From: Salarchaeum sp. III
GTDB taxonomy: Archaea; Halobacteriota; Halobacteria; Halobacteriales; Halobacteriaceae
NCBI RefSeq assembly: GCF_036418315.1
Contig: NZ_JAZHPG010000024.1
Span: forward strand, 137,947-201,946
Length of the DNA: 64,000 nucleotides
Direction: 5' to 3'
The first letter of the stretch is position 1; each line of letters starts with the position of its first letter. Made by a program: the position numbers and the translations under genes. Shown here one piece after another: positions 49,621-59,239 of this stretch. Below the pieces are notes generated by a model. That model was not told the origin of the DNA and did no database searches. It saw only the letters and a list, made by a program, of their open reading frames with translations.

Positions 49621-51174
49621 TCAGAGTTCCTCCTCGACGGTTCGCGCCGCCTCGTACTCCGATTTCACCGTGCTGTACTCCCGCTCCGCCGCGTCCTTCA
49701 TCTGCTCGAACTGGCTCACGTCTATCATCTTCTGTTCTTTGTTCTGCCGGATGTCCTCCGCGTCGCGCTCCAAGTCGTCCACGCTGTCCATGATCGGTTC
49801 GCGGAAGGAGTAGAAGAGGCTGCGCCACACCTCCCCGAACACGACGCCGTCGCGGTGCACGCTGTGCGTCCCGTCACCGTCGTACGCTCGGTCGTACGTG
49901 CCGTCCGGTCCGATGTCGGGCGCGGTCGTGTACGCGTCCGCGAGGTCGTCGTTCAGTGTCGGGATGCGGTTCTCGATGTCCGCGCGTATCTGCTCCGTGA
50001 ACGACCCCTCGCCGTCGACATCGAGTCGGTCGAGGTCGCGGTCGCTCAGCGCTGTGCCGAGACTGCCGGAGTCCGGGCTCAGTATCTCGCTCGTCAGGTC
50101 GAGTTCGTCGTCGATGGCGGCGAGGCGGTCCGCGTGCTCGGCCGCGTCGACGTGTTTTTTCACGCTCTGGTCGAGCGTTCGCTCGTACGCGTCGAAATGC
50201 TCGGTGAGTACGCGCTCGTTCTGCTGGAGGCGTGACGCGACGGAGCGTGACAGGGAGTCCACGCGGTCGCGGTGAGCGCGCGCCTCGTCGAGGAGGTCGC
50301 CGCTCGTCGCCTGCTCTTCGAGTCCACGAATCGTCGAGACGACGTTCTCGCTCTCCGCGAGCGAGTTCGTCGTCTCCACCGCCGGGAGTTCGTTCGTGTT
50401 CAGGAACGTTCCCTGGTCACCGGCGGTCGAGAGGCTGTTCGACACGGTATCGTTCGCGTGCACCCGAACCTGCACGGATTCAGTGTGGAGGTCGCGCGCG
50501 ATTGCGGCCATCCGGTCGATCTCGTCCGTCAGCGGTTTCTCCAATCGGCCGTGCTCTCGCACGCCGGGCGCGATTTCGCTCGCGACAGCGGGGTCGAGGA
50601 CGCCCGCGTCCGATAATCCGTCGTCGTAGACGCTCGCGGCGTCCGCGAGCGCGCTCGACGCGTCCGCGAGCGCGGCACCGTCGACATTCGCGAGTTCCAG
50701 GTCGGTGACGGGCGCGGCGTTCCGCCCGTCGAAAATCATGTGTCGGTCGCCGTACGGGACGAGGTGGAACGGGTACGTCACCTGAGAGATGAACGAAACG
50801 CTCCCGTCGGGTTCGTTCTCCGCGAGGTTCTGTTCGGCGTCTTCGATGGCGTCTTCGGCGTTCTGGTACTCGCGGTACGCGTACGCCGCCGAGGCAGCGG
50901 CGGTGAGGACGCCGACAACCGCCCCGATAAGGGCGAACTCGAGGAAGACGCCGGCGACGAGGACGAGCACGCCGATAGCGACCCCGCCAGCGCCGAGTTT
51001 TCGCATACGGTCGCGGCGGTCCTCCGCGTCCGCGATGTCGTCCTCGTAGCTCGCGCGACGTTCGAAAAACCCGCCTGCCGCCGTGTCGAATGCGCTCGCG
51101 AGGACTTCGGTGCTGGCGCGTGCCTCGTCGACACCGTCCCCTCGTTCGATAATCCCTGGTAGCCTGCGTGCCAT
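49621..51174 (-). CDS. Membrane-anchored coiled-coil protein (hypothetical)
   Basis: 517 aa. One or two TM helices near the N-terminus (VAIGVLVLVAGVFLEFALIGAVVGVLTAAASAAYAY) followed by a long charged helical region. 1-nt spacing to the next gene. Confidence 0.5.
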   Translation of the reverse strand: MARRLPGIIERGDGVDEARASTEVLASAFDTAAGGFFERRASYEDDIADAEDRRDRMRKLGAGGVAIGVLVLVAGVFLEFALIGAVVGVLTAAASAAYAYREYQNAEDAIEDAEQNLAENEPDGSVSFISQVTYPFHLVPYGDRHMIFDGRNAAPVTDLELANVDGAALADASSALADAASVYDDGLSDAGVLDPAVASEIAPGVREHGRLEKPLTDEIDRMAAIARDLHTESVQVRVHANDTVSNSLSTAGDQGTFLNTNELPAVETTNSLAESENVVSTIRGLEEQATSGDLLDEARAHRDRVDSLSRSVASRLQQNERVLTEHFDAYERTLDQSVKKHVDAAEHADRLAAIDDELDLTSEILSPDSGSLGTALSDRDLDRLDVDGEGSFTEQIRADIENRIPTLNDDLADAYTTAPDIGPDGTYDRAYDGDGTHSVHRDGVVFGEVWRSLFYSFREPIMDSVDDLERDAEDIRQNKEQKMIDVSQFEQMKDAAEREYSTVKSEYEAARTVEEEL

Positions 51175-51188
51175 TGTGTAACAGAGTA

Positions 51189-51416
51189 ATGTCTGATAAC
51201 GTGATAGATAAAGCTAGGGTGGGAGAACGCTTACCCGGGGACGGCGTGAACGTTTCGAGGATGCAAGTTCAGATCCAATCGTTCGACTACGACGCGACCA
51301 AAATAGCCGAGATGGAAGACAAACTCAACACCGTCCTGTCCCACTACGACGTGGTCGACACGACGATAACCCGGCGCGAGGACGAATTGCTCGTGTTCGT
51401 GTTCTACGAGGAGTGA
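51189..51416 (+). CDS. Small hypothetical protein (weak call)
   Basis: 75 aa from MSDNVIDKARV. Lies in the AT-richer 230-bp gap between two minus-strand genes, which may instead be promoter. GC3 signal only in the second half. Confidence 0.25.
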   Translation: MSDNVIDKARVGERLPGDGVNVSRMQVQIQSFDYDATKIAEMEDKLNTVLSHYDVVDTTITRREDELLVFVFYEE

Positions 51417-53218
51417 GGGAGTTCCGCGCGGCAGGACGTACAGAAGTTGTTTCCAGGCGGCTGTTCCGAGCCGCACTCGGAGCACAGCACGGTCTCCCGG
51501 CCGCCACTCGGCTCGGCGGCCCCACCATCCGATCCGCCGGGGTCTCCCCCCTGCACGATAGTCGTGTCACCGCCGCTCGACCCCGAATCCCCGCTGACGA
51601 TGACGTTGTCCGACGTGTCCTCGGCGGCCGCTGACGCCGCGTCCCCCATCTGGTCCATCGCGGTCTCCGTCGTCGACTCCATGCGGTCCATCGAATCCGA
51701 CGCCATCTCCTTCAGCTCCTCCCGGAACTCCTTCTGGTCTTCCACGCGTTCTCGCTCCTTCTCGGCGCTGTTCGCCTCCTGCCGCGCCTTCGCTAGCTCG
51801 TCCGAGTTCTGCGCGCCGAGCGAGTCGAGTTGGTCGGCGGAGAGGTTCTCGGCCTTGTCCATCTTCGCCAGGTCGGTCATTCCGTCATCGGTATCGTCGA
51901 GGCTGGCGAGCGTCTGCGCGTCCACGTCGTCGCGGGCGTCGAGGCGTTCCTTTTCGAGGTCGAGGTCGTGCTCCTCGCGGTCCATCTCCATCTCCTGCTC
52001 GCGGCGCTCGCGCTCGAGCTTCTGCTCGTCCTTCTTCGACTTGACATCGAGCAAGTCCTCCATCTCCGAGACGTCCTGCTCGTGCTCGACCTCCCGGCGC
52101 TCCACCTCGCTCTCCGTCCGCGTCGTCTTCAACTCCTCCTCGTGCTCCACGGTCTCCCGTTCGGCCGTGTGTTCGTGTTGGCGGCCCGCGTCCTCGACCT
52201 CGTGGCGCTGTTCCTGTCGCTGCCGTTCGAGTTCGTGGTCCGCCGACGCCTCGGCGGACTCCTCGCGGAACTCCTGTTTGGTCTCGTGGACCGAATCCTC
52301 GGTTTCGCGCTCGCGCTCGCGGCGGTCGAGCCGGGACTCGTCGTCCCGGATGTCCTCGCGTTCCTCCCGGACCGCCACGTCCCGCTGGTCCGACCGAATC
52401 TCGTCGCGGCCGTCGTCGTAGTCGAACGCGCGGAGTCGCACGAGGGAGAGCCCGAGGTCTGAGAGCACCGCGCGGCACTCCTCGTCGATGTCAGACTGGA
52501 GCGATTGCTTGACATCGCGGTTCCCGTAGAGGTTGTCGCGTTCGACCGAAGAGAGCGTTGCGCGAACCTCGTCACGGAGCGCGTCCTCCAGCAGGCGCTT
52601 GACGGCTTCCGTCGTGACGGCGTTCCGGTCAGCCATCGCCGCGCGGAAGAACGCCTCGGCGTCATCGAGGGACACGTCGAGGTCGACCGTGACGGAGACG
52701 GGGAACCCGTCCGCGGTCCGCACGTCGTCCACGGTCAGCGACAGCGGCACGTCGGCGTCCTCCACGAGCACGACCGTGATGTCCTTCGAGCGCCGGCGTT
52801 CGAGCAGTCGCTCTCCGAGACTGTCGAGCGTGTGTTTGCCCGGGCCGAGCGCCTTCACGAGTTCGCCGTGTTCGAGGAGTAACGCCCGATTACCGGCCTC
52901 TATCTGCACGCTCTTCTTCTGCGTGAGGCGGCCGATGAGACCGCCCTCGCCGAGCACGTCCTCGTCGACGCGTTTCGCGAGTTCGTTGTCCGCGAGCCGC
53001 ATCGACCCGTCCGTCCGCCCCTCCGCCGGACTGCCGTCGTCGGCGGCGGACGGCAGGACGAGCTCGACCCCGCAGCGACCGCAAAACCCCTTCTCTCCGC
53101 CGTAGGATTGCCCGCAGTCCGGACACACTTTCGTGAGAGGGTCGCCGCACGAGCCGCAGAAGTTCCCGCCCTGTACCGTATCGCCGCAGTGTGGACACGT
53201 TGATGGCATCGTACTCAC
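51404..53218 (-). CDS. Double zinc-ribbon, SPFH/band-7-like, long charged coiled-coil protein (flotillin-like architecture)
   Basis: 604 aa. N-term CPHCG...CGSCG...CPDCG...CGRCG. Then an SPFH-like region (...VKRLLEDALRDEVRATLSSVERDNLYGNRD...LSLVRLRAFDYDDG). About 250 aa E/R/D-rich coiled coil. C-term CSECG...CTSCR. Confidence 0.6.
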   Translation of the reverse strand: MSTMPSTCPHCGDTVQGGNFCGSCGDPLTKVCPDCGQSYGGEKGFCGRCGVELVLPSAADDGSPAEGRTDGSMRLADNELAKRVDEDVLGEGGLIGRLTQKKSVQIEAGNRALLLEHGELVKALGPGKHTLDSLGERLLERRRSKDITVVLVEDADVPLSLTVDDVRTADGFPVSVTVDLDVSLDDAEAFFRAAMADRNAVTTEAVKRLLEDALRDEVRATLSSVERDNLYGNRDVKQSLQSDIDEECRAVLSDLGLSLVRLRAFDYDDGRDEIRSDQRDVAVREEREDIRDDESRLDRRERERETEDSVHETKQEFREESAEASADHELERQRQEQRHEVEDAGRQHEHTAERETVEHEEELKTTRTESEVERREVEHEQDVSEMEDLLDVKSKKDEQKLERERREQEMEMDREEHDLDLEKERLDARDDVDAQTLASLDDTDDGMTDLAKMDKAENLSADQLDSLGAQNSDELAKARQEANSAEKERERVEDQKEFREELKEMASDSMDRMESTTETAMDQMGDAASAAAEDTSDNVIVSGDSGSSGGDTTIVQGGDPGGSDGGAAEPSGGRETVLCSECGSEQPPGNNFCTSCRAELPHSS

Positions 53219-53289
53219 CGGATCGGGGGCATCGCCCCAGTTTTGCTAGACACTCTGTAGCGTATCCCTTAAGTTTTGTCTCCGTAGTG

Positions 53290-54102
53290 TCAGATGTCGG
53301 CGTCTGCGCGCCGGTAGAGGCGAACGACCCGGTCGGCGACCGCCCGAATCCGGCGGCGGCGGTCCTCGTCCATCGGCGCATCCGAGAGGGCGGCCAGCTG
53401 CGAATCGAGACTGGCGAGGTCGTCCAGTACGTCCGCGTACGCGCCGTCCTCCACGGGGTGTTCTGCGACGAACTCGCGCAGTTCCCCGGCACGCTCCCGG
53501 GCACTCGACCGACCGTCGTCGGCGGCCGCCGCAAGGTGTTCGGCGAGCGACTGCGCGAGATACGCGTCGGCCCCACTCTCGGACCCCGAACTGCTCGGCG
53601 TACCGCCCGCGTCGAGAGTGTGAAGGAGGTCCTGCGCGCGCTCGCGTTCCCGCCGCCGCGTCGCCCCCGTCGCCACCTCCGTGAGCGCGTCCCGGACTGA
53701 CTCCCGAACGCCCGGGTCGGCCGTCTCGTCGGCGACGCGGGCGAGCGCGTTCAGTGCGTCGAGCCGGTCACGCCCCCGCCGGTCGCCCGTTGCTATCGCA
53801 CGCAGCGTCTCCACTGTGGCTGCAGCGCGCGGGGAGTCCGCCGTGAGGTCGACGAGCGTCTCGCGCGCGGTCTGCCGTTCCGTCGACCGCATCGCGTCCT
53901 GCGCCACGGTGGAGAGCGTGCGCAGTATCCGTTCTCGGTTCGCGTCCGTTGCGTCGACGTAGAGGTCGTTGAGCCGGTCGAGCGCGCGCTCGCGTTCCCC
54001 GCTGTATCGTCCGTCCCGAGCCGTCTCACAGCAGGCGGCGACGGCATCGTCACCCACGACCCACCACCACGAATCCAGTGTGAGCCATTGACACGACCTC
54101 AC
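53290..54102 (-). CDS. Hypothetical helical-repeat (HEAT/PBS-lyase-like) protein
   Basis: 270 aa of repeated about 30-aa helical units (RDALTEVATG..., RETLVDLTAD..., LRTLSTVAQD...). N-terminal extent uncertain. Confidence 0.45.
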   Translation of the reverse strand: MRSCQWLTLDSWWWVVGDDAVAACCETARDGRYSGERERALDRLNDLYVDATDANRERILRTLSTVAQDAMRSTERQTARETLVDLTADSPRAAATVETLRAIATGDRRGRDRLDALNALARVADETADPGVRESVRDALTEVATGATRRRERERAQDLLHTLDAGGTPSSSGSESGADAYLAQSLAEHLAAAADDGRSSARERAGELREFVAEHPVEDGAYADVLDDLASLDSQLAALSDAPMDEDRRRRIRAVADRVVRLYRRADADI

Positions 54103-54126
54103 GACGCGACCGGCATGGTTCTTTGG

Positions 54127-54221
54127 GTGGGCGACGCGCTCCGAGATATCGCGCCGACCCTGCTCTCGCTGCTCGACGTCGAGAAACCGGCGGCGATGAC
54201 GGGTGCGTCGCTGCTTGAGTA
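54127..54221 (+). pseudogene. Remnant of a gpmI 3' end (duplicated C-terminal about 30 codons)
   Basis: Reads ...GDALRDIAPTLLSLLDVEKPAAMTGASLLE*. The intact gpmI 13 kb away ends ...GGALRDVAPTLLSLLDVELPPEMTGEPLLS*. High nucleotide identity over about 60 nt. No upstream ORF. Confidence 0.6.
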
Positions 54222-54222
54222 G

Positions 54223-54561
54223 TCAGTGCGCTGGCGTGTAGGCGTCCGAGAAGAGGGCGAGAACCACGACGCCGGCGACGATGAGCGCCATCCCGGCGAC
54301 GCCCGCGAGGTCGAGCGTCTCGTCGAACACGAGGACGCCGACGCTCGCAGTGGCGACGATACCGAGCGCGGCCCACGTCGCGTACACGACGCCGACCGGG
54401 AGGTCGGTGAGGACGAGCGAGAGGAGGTAGAAGGACGCGCCGTACCCGGCGACGACGACGAGCGACGGCGCGGGGTCGGTGAACCCGTTCGAGAGTTTGA
54501 GGGCGGTCGTTCCGACGACTTCGGCGGCGATGGCGGCCACGAGGAGGAGCGGGGCACGCAT
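54223..54561 (-). CDS. SMR-family small multidrug efflux transporter (EmrE/QacE-like)
   Basis: 112 aa from MRAPLLLVAAIAAEVVGTTALKLS. Four TM helices, conserved Glu in TM1. ATG 54559-54561. Confidence 0.8.
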   Translation of the reverse strand: MRAPLLLVAAIAAEVVGTTALKLSNGFTDPAPSLVVVAGYGASFYLLSLVLTDLPVGVVYATWAALGIVATASVGVLVFDETLDLAGVAGMALIVAGVVVLALFSDAYTPAH

Positions 54562-54671
54562 GAATTGAGGTGGGGCCGGGTGGAACAAGGCTGTTTTCGA
54601 ACGCCGCGCCACTTCCAGTTCGTTCATTGACACCGCCACCTACTTCGTTCCGGCCCGGCGTAGCCGGTGAC

Positions 54672-55451
54672 GTGTCCCGACTCACCGAACTCGGGCTGTC
54701 CGCCTACGAGGAGAAGGCGTACCGGAGCCTGCTCGGACGTGGACCGCTCACCGCACGCGGCGTCTCGGAGGCGAGCGGCGTGCCGATGGGACGCGTGTAC
54801 GACGTGCTCAACGGACTCGCCGCCCGCGACCTCGTGACGTCCCGCGGGGACGACCCGACGCGGTACACCGCGGTCGACCCGAAGGCGGCGACGGACCGAT
54901 TGCTCGCGGAGCGACAGCGGGAACTGGACGAGCGCGCGGCGCGATACGAGCGGCTCGCGGACGAACTCGGCAGCGAACTCACCGCAGTCGCACCATCGGA
55001 AGGCCGGTTTTGGACCGCGCCGCTCGGGAGCGACGCGGCCGTCTCGCTCACCCGGCGGGCGTTCGCGAACGCGGACGAGACGGTGCGGTCCGCGATGGCC
55101 GAACCGTACGCCGCCGCACCGTGGGAGCGCTACGAACCCGAGATGCGCGCGTTCGACGAAACGCTGGGAACCCACACGGTTCGAGCGCTGATCGACGAGC
55201 GCGTGCTCGACGGCGCGCCGCGACGGGTGCGCGAGCGGTACCGGGATCGAGAGGAGGTCGACATCCGCGTGACGACCGATCTCGCGGTCACGTTCGACCT
55301 CGTGGACGACGCCAGCGCGTACGTCCACTTCCCCCACCCGCTCGACGACGGCGACCGCCTCGGCGCGGTCGAAGTCCGGGACGGCGACCTTCTCGTGCGC
55401 CTCAGCGACCTGTTCGAGCGCGCGTGGACGGCCGCGGACCCGCTCGACTAG
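54672..55451 (+). CDS. TrmB-family transcriptional regulator
   Basis: GTG start giving MSRLTELGLSAYEEKAYRSLLGRGPLTARGVSEASGVPMGRVYDVLNGLAARDLV, the TrmB N-terminal wHTH. C-terminal TrmB_C-like domain. Confidence 0.75.
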   Translation: MSRLTELGLSAYEEKAYRSLLGRGPLTARGVSEASGVPMGRVYDVLNGLAARDLVTSRGDDPTRYTAVDPKAATDRLLAERQRELDERAARYERLADELGSELTAVAPSEGRFWTAPLGSDAAVSLTRRAFANADETVRSAMAEPYAAAPWERYEPEMRAFDETLGTHTVRALIDERVLDGAPRRVRERYRDREEVDIRVTTDLAVTFDLVDDASAYVHFPHPLDDGDRLGAVEVRDGDLLVRLSDLFERAWTAADPLD

Positions 55452-56974
55452 CGGTCCTCGTAGACGACCTCGCCGTCCACGATGGTGTACGTCACGTCGA
55501 TGTCCGCGATGGACCCGGGGCGCTCCCAGGGCGACCCCTCCAGAACGACGAGGTCTGCTTCCTTCCCGACCTCGACAGTTCCGAGTCTGTCCTCGTCGAA
55601 TCCGGCGTAGGCCGCGCCGCTGGTGTACGCGCGCAGCGCGTCGGTGACGGAGAGCCGCTGGGTTTCCTCGGGGGGGTTGACGGTCTGGTGGACGCCGAAC
55701 AGGGGGTCGATGGGCATCGAGTCCGAGGAGAACGCGAGCGGCACGCCGGCCGCGAGGTAGGCGGGGAAGCGGTTGTTCTCGTCGCGGCGCGCGGGGCCGA
55801 GCCGCGAGTCGTAGAGGCCGCCCTCGCGCGACCACTTGAGGAAGTTCGGCTGCATCGAGGCGACGAGGCCGAGGTCGGCCATGCGCTCGATTTGGTCGTC
55901 GGTCGCGAGTTCGAGGTGTTCGATGCGGTGGCGCGCGCCCGCCGGGTCGTCCGTCTCCGTGAGGGCGTCGATGGTCTCCTCGATGGCTTCGTCGCCGATG
56001 GCGTGCACGGCGAGCTGGAACCCCGCGTCGTCCGCGTCGCGGACGAGGTCGTGGAGTTCCCGGGGCGGGACGACCCACTGGCCGGAGCCGTCGCCGTCCG
56101 CGTACTCGTAGCTGAGTTTCGCGGTGCGGCCGCCGAGGCTGCCGTCGGTGAAGGTCTTGATTGCGCCCGTGCGGACGAACTCGCTGCCGTGGTTGGTGGA
56201 AAGACCGAGTTCGCGGGCGGCGTCGAGGTGGTCGCTCCAGTAGTTCAGGCGGACGCGGAGCGCGAGGTCGCCGGCGGCTTCGAGTTCGCGGTAGACGCGG
56301 GGGGCGTGCGAGCGCCGAACCATGTCGTGAACGCTGGTCACGCCCTTCTCGTGGGCGTCTCGCTGGGCGGCGAGGAGGAGGTCCGCGGTCTCCGCGGGGC
56401 CGGGTTCGACGGCGTTTCGAACGACTTCAGCGGCGTCCTCGACGACGACACCGGTGGGTTCGCCGCCCGCGGTCTGCACGTCGCTCTCGGGGAGGTCGGC
56501 GCGGAGGCGGTCGAGCGCGACGCCGTTGAGCGCGGCGGTGTGGAGGTCCTCGCGGAACGCGACCACGGGACGCTCGGTGCTGACTTGGTCGAGGTCGTCG
56601 CGGGTGAGGTAGCGCGAGTCGTCCCAGGTGGATTCGTCGAAACCGAACCCGAGGATCCACTCGCCGCCGGTGTCCGAGTCGCGGAGGATGTCGACGGCGT
56701 CCGCGGGAGAGGTGGCGTCGCGGAGGTCGCCGCGGAGGCGGTGGCGGCCGACGGTCTCCATGTGGACGTGCGCGTCCACGAACCCGGGGAGGAGGACGCG
56801 GCCGCCGAGGTCGATTTCGCGGGTTTCGACGCCGTTCAGGAAGTCGATTTCGTAGTCGGAGTCGACGCGGACGATTTCGCCGTCGCGGACGGCGACTGCC
56901 TCGTACGTCTCGTCGGGGTCGGTGAGCGTGTGAACCTCGCCGTTGGTGAGGACGAGGTCTGCGGCCGCTGTCAT
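55448..56974 (-). CDS. Metal-dependent amidohydrolase (Amidohydro_3/YtcJ-like)
   Basis: Start MTAAADLVLTNGEVHTL. LLPGFVDAHVHM metal-binding motif. C-terminal SSDSMPIDPL...HQ typical of amidohydrolase-3. 508 aa. Confidence 0.8.
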   Translation of the reverse strand: MTAAADLVLTNGEVHTLTDPDETYEAVAVRDGEIVRVDSDYEIDFLNGVETREIDLGGRVLLPGFVDAHVHMETVGRHRLRGDLRDATSPADAVDILRDSDTGGEWILGFGFDESTWDDSRYLTRDDLDQVSTERPVVAFREDLHTAALNGVALDRLRADLPESDVQTAGGEPTGVVVEDAAEVVRNAVEPGPAETADLLLAAQRDAHEKGVTSVHDMVRRSHAPRVYRELEAAGDLALRVRLNYWSDHLDAARELGLSTNHGSEFVRTGAIKTFTDGSLGGRTAKLSYEYADGDGSGQWVVPPRELHDLVRDADDAGFQLAVHAIGDEAIEETIDALTETDDPAGARHRIEHLELATDDQIERMADLGLVASMQPNFLKWSREGGLYDSRLGPARRDENNRFPAYLAAGVPLAFSSDSMPIDPLFGVHQTVNPPEETQRLSVTDALRAYTSGAAYAGFDEDRLGTVEVGKEADLVVLEGSPWERPGSIADIDVTYTIVDGEVVYEDR

Positions 56975-57020
56975 ACCCGAGCGTGGGGCGGCCGCGGGCA
57001 AAGACGTTCGGGAAAGACGG

Positions 57021-57338
57021 CTACTCGCCGCCGCGGGCGTCGCGGCCGAGGTGGTGTTCGACGCGGTCGACTTTCTCGTCGGCGTCCAGCGTCTCCTCGC
57101 GGTAGTGGTCGATTTTCAGGGTCGTGCCGACGCGGCTCGCGTCCACGGCTTCGTGGGCGGCCTGCGCGGCGGCGAACACCTCGCTGAGCGACTCGGATTC
57201 GATGGTGGTCTCCATCGGGTGCGTCTCGTAGCGCACGTCGTAGTCGTCGAGGGCATCCACGGCCTTCGCGATTTCCGCGTCGAAGTCAACGTCGGGGCTG
57301 TCCACGGGCGACACCGAGAGCATCGCGGTCACGGTCAT
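57021..57338 (-). CDS. MTH1187/YkoF-family (UPF0045) protein, second paralog
   Basis: 105 aa from MTVTAMLSVSPVDSPDVDFDAEIAKAVDALDDYDVRYETHPMETTIE. Same fold signature as 28954-29268. ATG 57336-57338. Confidence 0.65.
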   Translation of the reverse strand: MTVTAMLSVSPVDSPDVDFDAEIAKAVDALDDYDVRYETHPMETTIESESLSEVFAAAQAAHEAVDASRVGTTLKIDHYREETLDADEKVDRVEHHLGRDARGGE

Positions 57339-57429
57339 ACCACACCATCTTACTACTGGGTGATATAGCTGTTCGTCGGGGCGGCCGGGAAGGACAACCG
57401 TTAGGGTCGCCGCCGGGGAATCCCGGGGT

Positions 57430-58644
57430 ATGAGTGACGTTTCCGACCTCGCGGACCGCGTGCAGTCCGGCGAGCTCCGGCTGTACGAACTCGAAGACCA
57501 CGCGGACGAGGCGACCGCGGCGGCCGCCCGCCGCGAACTCCTCCGCCGGGAGACCGAGAGCGACCCCGACGCTGTGGGCGAGTTCTCGTTCGACGCCGGG
57601 GACGTACACGGGTCGAACATCGAGAACCTCGTCGGCGGCGTGCAGGTACCCCTGGGTGTCGCCGGGCCGGTGTCGGTGAACGGGGAGGCCGCCGACGGCG
57701 AGTACTACCTCCCGCTCGCCACGTCGGAGGGCGCGCTCGTCGCGTCCGTCAACCGGGGGTGTTCCGCGATTCGGGCGGGCGGCGGCGCGACCGCTCGCGT
57801 TCTGAAGAACGGGATGACGCGCGCGCCGGTCTTCCGCGTCGCCGACGTGGCGGAAGCGAAGGCGGTCGCGGAGTGGGTGCGCGAGAACGAGGACGCGCTC
57901 GCGGACGCCGCGGAGTCCACGACGAGCCACGGCGAACTCCAGTCCGTCACGCCCTACGTCGTCGGCGACTCCGTCTTCCTCCGCTTTTCCTACGACACGA
58001 AGGACGCGATGGGGATGAACATGGCCACCATCGCCACCGGCGAGGCCGCGGACCTCGTCGAGGCCGAGACGCCCGCGGAACTGGTCGCGCTCTCCGGCAA
58101 CCTCTGTTCCGACAAGAAGCCCGCCGCCATCAACGCCGTCGAAGGCCGCGGCCGCACCGTCTCCGCGGACGTGCGCATTCCGCGCGAGGTCGTGGAGGAG
58201 CGGTTCAACACGACGCCGGAGGCCATCGAGGAGGCGAACACGCGGAAGAACCTCGTCGGGTCGGCGAAGGCGGGCGCGCTCGGGTTCAACGCGCACGCCG
58301 CGAACGTCGTCGCCGCGATGTTCCTCGCGACCGGCCAGGACATCGCGCAGGTCGTGGAGGGCTCGAACACCATCACGACCGTCGAAGCACGCGAGGACGA
58401 ACTGTACGCGAGCGTCAACCTCGCGAGCCTCGAAGTCGGCACCGTCGGCGGCGGGACGAAACTCCCGACGCAGGCCGAGGCGCTGGACGTGCTCGGCGTG
58501 CGGGGCGGCGGCGACCCCGCGGGGGCGAACGCGGACGCGCTCGCGGAGGTCATTGCGACGGGCGTGCTCGCCGGCGAACTCTCCCTCGTGTCCGCGCTCG
58601 CGTCGCGGAACCTCTCCTCCGCGCACGAGGAACTCGGGCGATAA
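57430..58644 (+). CDS. hmgA: 3-hydroxy-3-methylglutaryl-CoA reductase (class I)
   Basis: 404 aa. ENLVGGVQVPLGVAGP, DAMGMNM and GTVGGGT motifs. Confidence 0.9.
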   Translation: MSDVSDLADRVQSGELRLYELEDHADEATAAAARRELLRRETESDPDAVGEFSFDAGDVHGSNIENLVGGVQVPLGVAGPVSVNGEAADGEYYLPLATSEGALVASVNRGCSAIRAGGGATARVLKNGMTRAPVFRVADVAEAKAVAEWVRENEDALADAAESTTSHGELQSVTPYVVGDSVFLRFSYDTKDAMGMNMATIATGEAADLVEAETPAELVALSGNLCSDKKPAAINAVEGRGRTVSADVRIPREVVEERFNTTPEAIEEANTRKNLVGSAKAGALGFNAHAANVVAAMFLATGQDIAQVVEGSNTITTVEAREDELYASVNLASLEVGTVGGGTKLPTQAEALDVLGVRGGGDPAGANADALAEVIATGVLAGELSLVSALASRNLSSAHEELGR

Positions 58645-58897
58645 GTTTCACTTTCACCGCGCGTCCGGCGCGACTTTATTTCCCCGAAACCAGTAGTGGA
58701 CGGTATGCCGGAGAAGCCACCCACCGATAGCGGCGGCACCCCGCTCCCGGACACGCCGAGCGTCCGCTACCTCCGCGTGCTCAAACTCATTCTCACCGTG
58801 CTCCTGCTCGCCGTGACGCTCTACCAGGCGCTCACGGGCGCGCTCCTGTAGGCCCGACTGCCGAAGGCGTTATGTCCGCACGGGGACGTGATACGAC

Positions 58898-59239
58898 ATG
58901 AACTGGCGTCTGTTCGCGAAAGTCGTCGGCGTCTACGGCGTGCTTGCGGCCGGCGCGACCGCGGGCGTCCTGTTCGCCGTAGCGTCGTTCGCGGGCGTCG
59001 CGCTCCCCTGGGTGTCCATCGGGCTCGTGCTCGGCGGCGGCGTCCTCGTGGCGTTCTCGCTCGGCCGGACGGACGTGGGCGTCGACACCGCGAGCACCGG
59101 CGCCGAAACGGGATTCAGCGGCGGGAACGCGGCGCAGTACCGGCCGGACGCGCTCCCGCTCGCCAGTCGCGTCGTGTTCGCCGTCTACTTCGCCGGCCTC
59201 GTCGCCTGGGGCGCGGCGACATTCCCGCTTGTCACGTAG
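58898..59239 (+). CDS. Small membrane protein (hypothetical)
   Basis: 113 aa with 3 hydrophobic helices. GC3-rich. Confidence 0.4.
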   Translation: MNWRLFAKVVGVYGVLAAGATAGVLFAVASFAGVALPWVSIGLVLGGGVLVAFSLGRTDVGVDTASTGAETGFSGGNAAQYRPDALPLASRVVFAVYFAGLVAWGAATFPLVT

